Source: Bacteroidota bacterium (GTDB lineage Bacteria; Bacteroidota; Ignavibacteria; Ignavibacteriales; Melioribacteraceae). Taken from it: a stretch of 64,000 nucleotides of DNA. Below the pieces are notes generated by a model. It searched no databases. It was not told where the DNA came from and saw only the letters and a program-made list of their open reading frames with translations. Shown in pieces: positions 8,520 through 17,488 of the stretch (position 1 is its first letter; each line of letters starts with the position of its first letter). The DNA is taken from contig JAEXUB010000108.1 in NCBI GenBank assembly GCA_023453125.1, positions 4,694-68,693 on the forward strand, given 5' to 3'. The position numbers and the translations under genes were made by a program.

Positions 8520-10700
8520 TTATAGCCTGTATAAATAAGAAGCCTTAAAGAATAAACCGCGCCTTGTTTCAAGAAAATTATTTGCAGGGCGGTAGTTTGC
8601 GCCGTCCCATTCAACCCTTTCAAACATCGATCCGTATCCGACGTGAATAACCGTCCCCGGTATGTAAGTGAATGAAACCAGAAAGTCAGCAAGCATCCTT
8701 TCTCTATAGTCATTATATTCAAGAATTCCCCTCAAAAACAAATACTGGTTCAGCTGATATGATACCTTGGTCCTGACAATCGGGTAATTATAAATCAGGG
8801 AGCCGTCGGAATCTTTTGTAAAATCGCTGTAAGTAAAAGTAACATTTGCATTCAGCTTATCGGATGGCTGGTAAATAACCCCGGCGGAAACAAGGTTAGA
8901 ATAGCCCTGGAAAGGAGAATTGGAATAATAAATTGCATCGAGTCTTCTGTATAAGAGAGACAGATAGAAAGTTTTATGCAGCCAGCCTACAAACTGAGCC
9001 TGAATTCCTCCCGTATTAAATCTTTCCCCAAGAAAAATCTCTGTACCCAGAGAATATTTTACTTTAAACTGAAAACTCCCCGGCAGGTAAGTCAGCAGGG
9101 AAACTGTATTGTAAGTTTCCCACATACCGAAAAATGCATCTCTCGTTTGGGCAGAGAAAATTTCCAGGTCAATTCTTCTGAAAAAATCAGACTCCGGATA
9201 AAACTTAGGCCTTAACAGTCCCGAAGCAATAAAGACGCCTGTCCTTGTTAAATACCCCATATCGGCTCTGAAATCTTCCGATACATTTTTAACATTGACG
9301 AAATAATCCAGGTCGCGCGTGCCGTACCCGTATTTAAGGCTTAAGTTATGCCCGTAGAGTGTTTCATCTGCAAAAGGGTTCTTAGACATCGAAAGAGTTC
9401 CTCCGAAGTCTATCATACCCGATTTTGAGACTCTTATTAATCCGTCAATTCCCCCCAGCCTGTTATAACTATCAGACTCCGCCCGCACAGGTATATCTGT
9501 CTCGACCAAATCTTCGCGGGATGCAGCCAAAAGTCCAATATAGCTGTCATCATTAAGAGCATATTTAAATCTTACTATCGGAAAATGTGCATACTTTCCT
9601 CTATCGGCCGGCGATTGAATTTTTTCATCCATTGCATAAAGAGCCGATAATGTACCCCGTGAAGAAAGCTTTCCTGTAAGTTTAAGCCCGATAAGCGGAT
9701 CTACAATAGTTCTGGTATGAACAAGGGAAACAACCGGATCGGCTTCGCTCTGTCCTGTTCCGCCGAAGACAAAATTCTCTCTTCCCTCAAGAAAGAAGGG
9801 GCGCTTTTCCGGAAAATATAATCCGTATCTTAAATTTATATCCACCTGGCCGGCATCCGATTCAATCTGGCTGAAATCGGGATTATAAGCACCGTCGAGT
9901 ATAAGGTCGCTTGTAATTCCGTATTTCATATTAAATCCGAAATCTCTTCTTATGTCCTTTATGCCAAGAGAACCATTTTCGTGTGCCGACTGCTGATTAA
10001 AAGTAACTGCAGGCATAATTTCGAATAGTGTATAATGCTCAACATTTTCATAGAACATCGGTTTCAGCTGGGTAGTAAAAGCATACCCCTTGGCAGGATC
10101 CATTGGAGGGTATGCACCCTGTTCGGCCTTGCGCGATATTCTTCGTTCAAAGAATACAGCCATTTCCACAGGATTGGTGTTTGCATACCGGATGCTCTTT
10201 AACGGTATCTGCATTTCAATTGTATAGCCGTCGCTGTCTATTTTACCGGCACTGTACCATACAAAATCAATTCCTGTATCCTCGCTGTCCCCTACCATCT
10301 TACTGTCCGATTGAATACCGAATGGATTCACATAAAAAGCGCAGAGAGACTGCTGGTCGTTAAATGTATCAAGGTTAAGGCAAATCCAGTCGTCAGGTCT
10401 GGTGTTATCCCTGTTGGTCATCGTTGCCTTAATTTTATCAGGTTCGCTGTCGTAGCATTTATATGCGAAATAAATATTCTCCTTGTCGTAGCACATATAT
10501 ACAACGGTTTTTTCCGACTGGTCTTTACCGAAATCGGGAATAAAGGTTTTAAATCCTGTAACCGAAGGGGCCGTTTTCCATATTTCATCGTCAAGCACGC
10601 CGTCAATCTTCGGAGGCGCATTCGTAAACTTCGGGCGCAATGGATCAGTTGCGGTAATAACCGCCGTTAACATAAAAAAGAAGAGAAGGTATGCTTTCAT
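8520..10700 (-). CDS. Exported CBM9/DOMON-like domain plus DUF5916-like putative outer-membrane beta-barrel protein
   Basis: The signal peptide is followed by PKIDGVLDDEIWKTAPSVTGF...ENIYFAYKCYD, a CBM9_2/DOMON-like signature. About 550 aa rich in alternating aromatic/Gly beta-strand patterns follow. The family call is from memory of DUF5916 proteins. Confidence 0.6.
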   Translation of the reverse strand: MKAYLLFFFMLTAVITATDPLRPKFTNAPPKIDGVLDDEIWKTAPSVTGFKTFIPDFGKDQSEKTVVYMCYDKENIYFAYKCYDSEPDKIKATMTNRDNTRPDDWICLNLDTFNDQQSLCAFYVNPFGIQSDSKMVGDSEDTGIDFVWYSAGKIDSDGYTIEMQIPLKSIRYANTNPVEMAVFFERRISRKAEQGAYPPMDPAKGYAFTTQLKPMFYENVEHYTLFEIMPAVTFNQQSAHENGSLGIKDIRRDFGFNMKYGITSDLILDGAYNPDFSQIESDAGQVDINLRYGLYFPEKRPFFLEGRENFVFGGTGQSEADPVVSLVHTRTIVDPLIGLKLTGKLSSRGTLSALYAMDEKIQSPADRGKYAHFPIVRFKYALNDDSYIGLLAASREDLVETDIPVRAESDSYNRLGGIDGLIRVSKSGMIDFGGTLSMSKNPFADETLYGHNLSLKYGYGTRDLDYFVNVKNVSEDFRADMGYLTRTGVFIASGLLRPKFYPESDFFRRIDLEIFSAQTRDAFFGMWETYNTVSLLTYLPGSFQFKVKYSLGTEIFLGERFNTGGIQAQFVGWLHKTFYLSLLYRRLDAIYYSNSPFQGYSNLVSAGVIYQPSDKLNANVTFTYSDFTKDSDGSLIYNYPIVRTKVSYQLNQYLFLRGILEYNDYRERMLADFLVSFTYIPGTVIHVGYGSMFERVEWDGANYRPANNFLETRRGLFFKASYLYRL

Positions 10701-10729
10701 ATTATCCTCGTATTACTTAGTCCCCGTTT

Positions 10730-12217
10730 TTAAATTCCAAGTTGTTTTAAATACCCCTCAACATCAAGGGTTTTTCCTGTTGCCCGTTTCAGTATCTGCT
10801 GCCATTCAAGAAGCATTCCGTCTTTGTATAAATTATCCGCCATAAATTCCCCAACGTGCTTATCGAATAGATAATTGCCGCCGAACCTGTTTTTGAGTGC
10901 ATCATGAACCTGCCATGCAATTATATCGGCCAGAAAATAGTTGTGAAGGTAACAGGGATAATCAACATACAATGTATTCACCATTGAAAATGGATACTTT
11001 ATATTTTCGAGCAGGAGATATTTTTCAATAAGCGAGGAGAATAATTCTCCCGGATCCCTGTCGGGATTTTTGTAGAGCTCAATTTCAAGCATAAAATTTA
11101 TCAGGTTAAATCTTATTTTGACTGCCTCGTTGAATTTATCAACTGAAGTATACCCTTTAATCTTTTCATCCGTAAAGCGGGCATATTTTTTGTACCATTC
11201 CGGGTGTTTGCTGAACCCTGCCAGTGTCTGTGCCATTCCTTCATAAAATGCGGGAGCAGTTCCCCCCATGCACCATTCATATCCTTCAAGCAGGGGACTC
11301 TCGATTGCGGTTTTCATCCATTGGAGGCCGTGGCCAAGTTCATGAAGATAGACAGAAACCGGCATGTTCGGTACCATAACAACTCTCATATCCTCAGGTA
11401 TTCTAACTCCGATGCAATTTCCCCCGAAATCTGCCTCTTTTATTACGAATCTAATTGGAAGTTTGCCGTAGTCTATTCCAATATCGGCAAGAGTTTCGCT
11501 CATTACAAGAAAAAGACTGTCTTTCGAAAAAGAGGGGGCCGGCAGATTCTTCTGAAACCGGGCTATATCACCGATACTTACAGCCCCTTTTTCATTCTTA
11601 ATTTTATCGAAGAGTTCTTTATATACCGGCAGAGTTTTTTTGTCAACGGATTCCACAAATTCGTAAAACCATTTTGCTCCCAGTCCGGTAGATTCCAAAA
11701 CAAATTCCGCATAATTATTATATCCGTTCACTAAAGCTAGTTCATTCCTCTTCTTTATCAGTTCAATAACTCTCGCCTGCAGTTCTTTTGTCTTCGCCGC
11801 ATCTTTCGTATCACGGTTTCTAACATCTTCAAGCAGGGAGGAGGATAATTTTATAATTTCCGGAGAGTATTCAATTGAAGCAGCATCAAGTATTTTTTTC
11901 CATACATCAATTCTTCTTTTCAATGATTGGTCGCCCATTATCTCCGGCTCACTGCCCCAGCCTTTGATATTCTTTTTCAGTTCTTCATCGGTGAATAATT
12001 TTCTGAATTTCTCTTTTGCAGATTGAATATCGGCCGGACCTTCAAGAGAATAAAGATTCCAGGTCTGAAGCCCGAAGTTATTGCATATCTCTTCGTAAAC
12101 TTTTTCCTTATCGTCAAGATATTTCTTAATTGTGCCCTTCTGCTGGGGAGCAGCAGAGGCAACAAAAAGAATTAAAATAATGAATGTTTTAATGACTAAA
12201 AATGAATGCTTTTTCAT
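10730..12217 (-). CDS. Secreted gluzincin metallopeptidase (M2/M3/M32-like, HEXXH)
   Basis: Signal peptide and zinc motif YLHELGHGLQ. It is a helical ~500-aa protein with an ACE/M3-like C-terminal block (LEWQQILKRATGKTLDVEGYLKQLG). Confidence 0.6.
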   Translation of the reverse strand: MKKHSFLVIKTFIILILFVASAAPQQKGTIKKYLDDKEKVYEEICNNFGLQTWNLYSLEGPADIQSAKEKFRKLFTDEELKKNIKGWGSEPEIMGDQSLKRRIDVWKKILDAASIEYSPEIIKLSSSLLEDVRNRDTKDAAKTKELQARVIELIKKRNELALVNGYNNYAEFVLESTGLGAKWFYEFVESVDKKTLPVYKELFDKIKNEKGAVSIGDIARFQKNLPAPSFSKDSLFLVMSETLADIGIDYGKLPIRFVIKEADFGGNCIGVRIPEDMRVVMVPNMPVSVYLHELGHGLQWMKTAIESPLLEGYEWCMGGTAPAFYEGMAQTLAGFSKHPEWYKKYARFTDEKIKGYTSVDKFNEAVKIRFNLINFMLEIELYKNPDRDPGELFSSLIEKYLLLENIKYPFSMVNTLYVDYPCYLHNYFLADIIAWQVHDALKNRFGGNYLFDKHVGEFMADNLYKDGMLLEWQQILKRATGKTLDVEGYLKQLGI

Positions 12218-12239
12218 ATCACACTCCGGGGGAAAATAA

Positions 12240-13316
12240 TTAATTCATTTTTTGATACAGCTTTTTGACGGTGCTTTCAGATAATGGTTCCAGAAAGAGC
12301 ATTTGGGACTTGTCAATTCCTCTTTTAAGAAAGCTCCATCCCCTTGTTTTTACATTCTCCCTGTCATAAACTGCAAAATCTGCTGTAATGGAACTCTTCC
12401 AGTCCTCAGGCACGGGGATAACTCCTTTTGTATTCATAATTGTCCCCTTCTCCCCGTTCCAGTAGGTGAGTATTATTTTCTTTGTCTTCATATAATTTGT
12501 AACAACCGCATTTCCGTGGCAGTCGCGGCACTTTCTCCCCTCTTTGCTGATTGTATGTGCTTTATAAGGGCCAATGGCAAGAAATGTCTTGTCCTTGAAT
12601 GTAAGCCCCATAAAATTAGCCGCCTGAATTTTCTTTGTAAAAGTATTCCTGGCAAGAAGAACAAATCCGTGAAGTCCGGCATTTATTCTGCCCGATTCAA
12701 AATGGCAGCTGAAACAGGAAACCTGTGTCTGAACGTGGCATGCGCTGCAATCCAGCTTATCGTAATGAATGGAATGAGACCGTGAAGAATTAATTTGTTT
12801 ATGGCACGATTCACAGTTTTTTTCAACCGCCCCCTCGTAAATGGAGCGGAGCTCCCTGCCGTCCCCGTGCATATCCGATGCCGTATGACAGTCGGTACAA
12901 ACCATTCCTTTATCCCTGTGAACATCCCCCGAAACTCCAATTTCGGCAGTCTGATGCGTATGGCAGTTTCTGCATGCTGTCAGGTTTACACTTTTAGAAT
13001 TTGGTGTATCGTGGCAGTCGGAACAGGAAGGAGAATATTTATCATGAATTATTCTGCTCCCGAGAGCATTCTCTTCAGCGTGGCAATTCATACAGTCGGG
13101 AGATATTTTCATTCTTGTAATAGATTCAAATCCGCCATTCTCTTCACAGTACCAGTATTCGGCTCCTGCACGGGTATAATGAAGACTTTTTTCAAAATTG
13201 GCAGGGCTTTGCGGCTTAACAACTCCTGCTGCCTGAAGCATAAAAAACAGGAATGCGAAAAAAGAGTATTTCAGGGGCATATTATTTCCATAAATTTTCA
13301 ATTCAAATTTACGCAT
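12240..13316 (-). CDS. Periplasmic octaheme c-type cytochrome
   Basis: Eight CXXCH motifs: CMNCH, CSDCH, CRNCH, CTDCH, CESCH, CSACH, CFSCH, CRDCH. A signal peptide is present. The start may be Met13 (13280, MPLKYSFFAFLFFML). Confidence 0.9.
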   Translation of the reverse strand: MRKFELKIYGNNMPLKYSFFAFLFFMLQAAGVVKPQSPANFEKSLHYTRAGAEYWYCEENGGFESITRMKISPDCMNCHAEENALGSRIIHDKYSPSCSDCHDTPNSKSVNLTACRNCHTHQTAEIGVSGDVHRDKGMVCTDCHTASDMHGDGRELRSIYEGAVEKNCESCHKQINSSRSHSIHYDKLDCSACHVQTQVSCFSCHFESGRINAGLHGFVLLARNTFTKKIQAANFMGLTFKDKTFLAIGPYKAHTISKEGRKCRDCHGNAVVTNYMKTKKIILTYWNGEKGTIMNTKGVIPVPEDWKSSITADFAVYDRENVKTRGWSFLKRGIDKSQMLFLEPLSESTVKKLYQKMN

Positions 13317-13466
13317 TCACTCTTTATAACAGTAATCAATTTTAATTCTTCAATTAAAACAGGGAGTACCAGGCTTAAGATTAACGCAATAGGATTTAAA
13401 ATTCAGGAAGATAATTACAGGAGGCAGAATAGTTATACGGCAGGCTAATAAAAAGGAGGATAGGAT

Positions 13467-13712
13467 TTAGTTTGAATTTGAATCTTTTCCTTTACGGCTG
13501 ATATACTTTAGAAAAATGGAGAGAAGAAAATCCAGCAGGGCTACCAGAATAAATACGCCCCCCGCCAGTCCGGTTACTGTGTAGGTAAGCAACTCAGTCC
13601 TTGTACTGGATGCATCTGCATTCATCAGCCCGGCAGCTGAGTAAAACACGCAGATGAGTCCTATAAAAAAGGAAATGTAACTTAAAATTCTTTTCATACC
13701 CAAAAATATCAA
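13467..13712 (-). CDS. Small two-TM membrane protein, unknown function
   Basis: 81-aa ORF with two clear hydrophobic helices and a charged C-terminus. It is divergent from the LytS-type kinase gene. Confidence 0.45.
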   Translation of the reverse strand: MIFLGMKRILSYISFFIGLICVFYSAAGLMNADASSTRTELLTYTVTGLAGGVFILVALLDFLLSIFLKYISRKGKDSNSN

Positions 13713-13829
13713 AAAAAAAGGAAAATGAAATAAGCCGTTAAAACCATCTATTAACCGTTCATAATAAATTATTTACTTTAGGCTTTAAATAGCCGATTTT
13801 TGTGTGTCAGGAATAATCAAATTAGAGCA

Positions 13830-14939
13830 ATGGCATTTTCGGCAAGAACAAGAAATTTTTTCAATAGGTTACTCTTCAGCGGAGTCACCCTTTCCTTCTA
13901 CAAGCTGAATCTTATAGGGTGGGGACTTGTAATTGCAGCCGATACAATAATTGTAAGCCCTAAGGATCTCCTTTCAAGTTTTCCCCTGTTTCTGCAGAAC
14001 ACAATAGCATGGGGTACCGGATATCCACTAACCCTATACCTGAGAACATTTTATAAGAAATTCGATTATAAAAGCCACTCCATAGGGAGTTTGATTACTC
14101 TGATTCTGCTCGGCTCACTTGTCTGCTCTCTTATTCTCTATTCTTCGGCCGCTGCAATATACATTATTTCAGGAACCACCTCCCGCTCCATGCCTTACGA
14201 TTATTTTTTAAGACTCTGGGTAGTAGCCGACAGGATGACCCGCTTTTTCCCATTAATGACCACCTGGAGCCTGATGTATTTCGGAATTAAAATCTGGATC
14301 GATTTTACAATCGAAAGGGAAAAAGTAATTAAAGCAGAACTATTCGCACAGCAGGCACAGCTTCAAATGCTGCGGTACCAGATAAATCCCCACTTTCTTT
14401 TCAATTCATTCAGTTCTTTGAGAGCTTTAACCAGAAGCGCACCAAAAAAAGCCGAGGAAATGATTTCCAAGCTATCTGAATTTTACCGCTATTCCCTTGT
14501 CTCAAGAAATCATGAAGTCTCGCTTAATGATGAGATAGAGGCAATTACACTCTACTCCGAAATAGAAAAAATCCGCTTTGAAGAAAATCTTCAGTTTGAA
14601 TTCCATATTGATCCGGTCGCAGAAGTATATCCCATCCCCTCTTTTCTTATTCACCCTCTTGTAGACAACGCAATAAAGTACGGGATGAAAACCAGCACAA
14701 TGCCTCTGCGTGTAATTATAAATGCCGAGGTGGTTAACGGTCATCTGATTATTGAGGTCAAAAACTCCGGTAAGTGGATACCTTTAAATGAAAAAAATGA
14801 ATATTACAGCACCGGGACAGGAATTAATAATATAAAGGAAAGGCTCGCATTTTCATATCCGAACAAGCATTCAATCGAAGTAACAGAAAAAGAGGGTTTT
14901 GTAAGCGTTAGAATAGAAATATTCAAGGAATTAAAATGA
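13830..14939 (+). CDS. LytS/YehU-family sensor histidine kinase
   Basis: Multi-TM N-terminus, the His_kinase block INPHFLFNSFSSLRAL and an HATPase block NAIKYG. The tracked ORF begins at TTG 13800. I prefer ATG 13830 (MAFSARTRNFF). Confidence 0.85.
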   Translation: MAFSARTRNFFNRLLFSGVTLSFYKLNLIGWGLVIAADTIIVSPKDLLSSFPLFLQNTIAWGTGYPLTLYLRTFYKKFDYKSHSIGSLITLILLGSLVCSLILYSSAAAIYIISGTTSRSMPYDYFLRLWVVADRMTRFFPLMTTWSLMYFGIKIWIDFTIEREKVIKAELFAQQAQLQMLRYQINPHFLFNSFSSLRALTRSAPKKAEEMISKLSEFYRYSLVSRNHEVSLNDEIEAITLYSEIEKIRFEENLQFEFHIDPVAEVYPIPSFLIHPLVDNAIKYGMKTSTMPLRVIINAEVVNGHLIIEVKNSGKWIPLNEKNEYYSTGTGINNIKERLAFSYPNKHSIEVTEKEGFVSVRIEIFKELK

Positions 14940-15661
14940 AAAAAGTATTTAAAGCAGTAATTATAGATGATGAAAAACTTGCTCGGGAAGACCTGCGCTC
15001 TCTCCTTGAGGAATTCCAGGAAGTCCAGATAATCGGAGAAGCTGGAAATGCCGATGAGGCTAAAAAGATAGTTGCAGAACTCGATCCCGACCTTATATTC
15101 CTCGATATCCAGATGCCGGGGAAAAACGGCTTTGAACTGCTCAGCGAATTAAATACCAGAGCCAAGATAATTTTTGTAACCGCATATGATGAGTATGCAA
15201 TTAAAGCATTCGAAGTAAATGCGCAGGACTACCTTCTCAAACCGGTAAACTCAAAAAGGCTCCAATCCTCCCTTGAGCACCTTAAAACAGCACGGATAGA
15301 AAAAACGTCGGATGCCAAGACTTTTGAATACGGCGACAGCTTCTTTCTTATGATAAATAATGCATACCAGTTTATCAAGATAAGCAGCATTATATGTATA
15401 ACTGCGGCAGGGAATTATTCCGAAATTACAACAAACAGCAAAATAAAGGGACTCGTTCTTAAATCGATGATAGAATGGGAGAACAAACTGCCGGCAGGTA
15501 CTTTCGTCAGGATTCACAGGAACGCAATCATTAATCTTGAATATATTGACCACGTAGAAGAATGGTTTAATTATTCTTACCAGATTTATTTGAAGGGACT
15601 CGAGAAACCTGTTCTGATGAGCAGGCGCTATGCAGCCAAACTGAAAGAAATTCTCTCCTAA
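14936..15661 (+). CDS. LytTR-family response regulator (REC + LytTR DNA-binding domain)
   Basis: REC motifs (IIDDE..., FLDIQMPG, KP). The C-terminal LytTR block is FVRIHRNAIINLEYI. The start overlaps the kinase gene stop by 4 nt (ATGA). Confidence 0.9.
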   Translation: MKKVFKAVIIDDEKLAREDLRSLLEEFQEVQIIGEAGNADEAKKIVAELDPDLIFLDIQMPGKNGFELLSELNTRAKIIFVTAYDEYAIKAFEVNAQDYLLKPVNSKRLQSSLEHLKTARIEKTSDAKTFEYGDSFFLMINNAYQFIKISSIICITAAGNYSEITTNSKIKGLVLKSMIEWENKLPAGTFVRIHRNAIINLEYIDHVEEWFNYSYQIYLKGLEKPVLMSRRYAAKLKEILS

Positions 15662-15901
15662 GATATAAACGCAGAAAGGTTTAAAAGGGGCAACGGCCGG
15701 CTTTGGGGGAACCGACCGTTGTTATGGGGTAATGAAAAGACAATGCAATTCTAATTATTAATCCCTTCACTTCAACGGGAAACTCAATTAACGGCTTAAG
15801 AATTATTCGGACGGTAATTAAAAGGCGCCGGACGGCAGTCTGCTTTACAAGACGGGGCGCCTCCTAAATGGAAAACGCCCGTATCCTGATGTGAGAACGA
15901 A

Positions 15902-17440
15902 TTATTTTACGACTGTAATTTTAACAATTGATTTGGAGGGCATTTCAAGCATTATGCTTCTGCCGGACTGCTTAAATCCATTGAACGGTTTAATATTTAC
16001 CTCTTCAGGCTTTCCGAAATCGTTAAACGATGAAATCTTTTCACCGGTGATAATTTCTCCGGAGATTTTATTGCTGTATAAATCGTCAAGTTCAATTTCA
16101 ACTCGGTGCATATTCTCCGCATCCAAATTGCAGACTGTTACATTTATTTCCCCTTTCTTATTCAGCGATGCAGAGGCATTAATGAGAGGAAGCTTTTCAT
16201 TGTATTTATTGTAGACCGGGACTCCCGATAGGGCAGCGGGTATCATATCTGCATCCTGATGCACTTTATACATCTTGAAAACATAATAAGTAGGGGTGAG
16301 CACCATTTTTTCTTCTTTTGTAAGTACAATTGCCTGAAGTACATTAACAGTCTGTGCAATGTTGGCCATTTTAACGCGCGCGGCATTATTATTAAAAATA
16401 TTAAGGTTCATTCCCGCGGTCATGGCGTCCCTGAGAGCATTCTGCTGAAACAGGAATCCGGGATTAGTCCCCTTTTCAACATCCCACCAGGTTCCCCATT
16501 CGTCAACCATAAGTCCTATTCTTTTATCTTTATCATACTTATCCATAATGGCTGAATGTTTCTTAACAAGTTCTTCCATTTGTGATGCAAAACTAAGCTG
16601 TGCATACCACTGGTTTTCGTCAAACTGTGTTGCAGCTCCTTTCTTAGACCAGTTCTGGACAGAATAAAAGTGGAGAGAAACCCCCTGCATCTGCCAGCCG
16701 GGAATGTTTTTCATTAGCACTTCAGTCCAGTTATAATCAAATGCATTTGCCCCGGAGGCAATCTTAAAAAGCCTGTTGTCATTATAATTGAAACAAAAAC
16801 TTGCAAACTGCCTGTAGAGGTCGGCATAATATTCGGGCCTCATTTCACCGCCACATCCCCAGGATTCATTACCCACTCCCCAGTATTTAACTTTCCAGGG
16901 TTCTATTCTGCCATTTGCCCTTCTAAGATTGGCCATCGGCACATCTTCGGCGCTTGTAAGATATTCGACCCATTCCTGCATTTCCTGCACAGTACCGCTC
17001 CCGACATTAGCGGATATATACGGTTCGGCACCGATTAATTCGCACAGGTCCATAAATTCGTGGGTTCCGAAGCTGTTGTCTTCAACCACTTTTCCCCAAT
17101 GGATATTCATCATTTTCGGGCGCTTCTCCTTTGGGCCGATTCCGTCTTTCCAGTGGTAAGTATCGGCAAAACATCCGCCGGGCCAGCGCAGCACCGGAAT
17201 ACTTATCTCTTTAAGTGCGCTGATTACATCATTCCTTATTCCGCGAGTATTGGGAATTGATGATTTTTCACCCACATAAATTCCGCCGTAGATACAGTTG
17301 CCCAGGTGTTCTGCAAAATGCCCGTAGAGCTCTTTATTGATTTTCGCCTTAGCATTCTTAACTTCAAGCGAAATCTTTGTCTGTCCAAGACAGAATGAAA
17401 CCGTTAAAAAAACAAAAAGAAGTAATAAATATTTTTTCAT
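15902..17440 (-). CDS. GH51 alpha-L-arabinofuranosidase, secreted
   Basis: [20 protein letters not shown] and [12 protein letters not shown] (the acid/base Glu block). It has a signal peptide and is 512 aa, typical for GH51. Confidence 0.9.
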   Translation of the reverse strand: MKKYLLLLFVFLTVSFCLGQTKISLEVKNAKAKINKELYGHFAEHLGNCIYGGIYVGEKSSIPNTRGIRNDVISALKEISIPVLRWPGGCFADTYHWKDGIGPKEKRPKMMNIHWGKVVEDNSFGTHEFMDLCELIGAEPYISANVGSGTVQEMQEWVEYLTSAEDVPMANLRRANGRIEPWKVKYWGVGNESWGCGGEMRPEYYADLYRQFASFCFNYNDNRLFKIASGANAFDYNWTEVLMKNIPGWQMQGVSLHFYSVQNWSKKGAATQFDENQWYAQLSFASQMEELVKKHSAIMDKYDKDKRIGLMVDEWGTWWDVEKGTNPGFLFQQNALRDAMTAGMNLNIFNNNAARVKMANIAQTVNVLQAIVLTKEEKMVLTPTYYVFKMYKVHQDADMIPAALSGVPVYNKYNEKLPLINASASLNKKGEINVTVCNLDAENMHRVEIELDDLYSNKISGEIITGEKISSFNDFGKPEEVNIKPFNGFKQSGRSIMLEMPSKSIVKITVVK

Positions 17441-17452
17441 TTGTCCCCCGTG

Positions 17453-17481
17453 AAAAAAAATGCGGGGAATTAATTCCCCGC
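17453..17481 (-). terminator. Intercistronic rho-independent terminator between the isomerase gene and GH51
   Basis: Minus strand GCGGGGAATTAATTCCCCGC (8-bp stem, 4-nt AATT loop) followed by T8. It lies 7 nt after the isomerase stop and 12 nt before the GH51 ATG. Confidence 0.75.
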
Positions 17482-17488
17482 TAAATAA

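Noticed and set aside
12795-13448. 217-aa plus-strand ORF antisense to the octaheme cytochrome gene. Similar long shadow ORFs occur at 11204..11734, 38596..39084, 43689..44219, 49510..50175, 56318..56794 and 60207..60887.
   Set aside because: Each is fully embedded opposite a gene with strong family motifs. The products are Ser/Pro/Ile/Phe-rich and motif-free. They are typical antisense shadow ORFs, not overlapping genes.
15820-15870. GGCGCC...GGCGCC pairing followed by TTTT on the minus strand, as a terminator for GH51
   Set aside because: Only a 6-bp stem closing a loop of about 25 nt with no further pairing that I could find. This is too weak to call as a feature, though it may contribute to termination.
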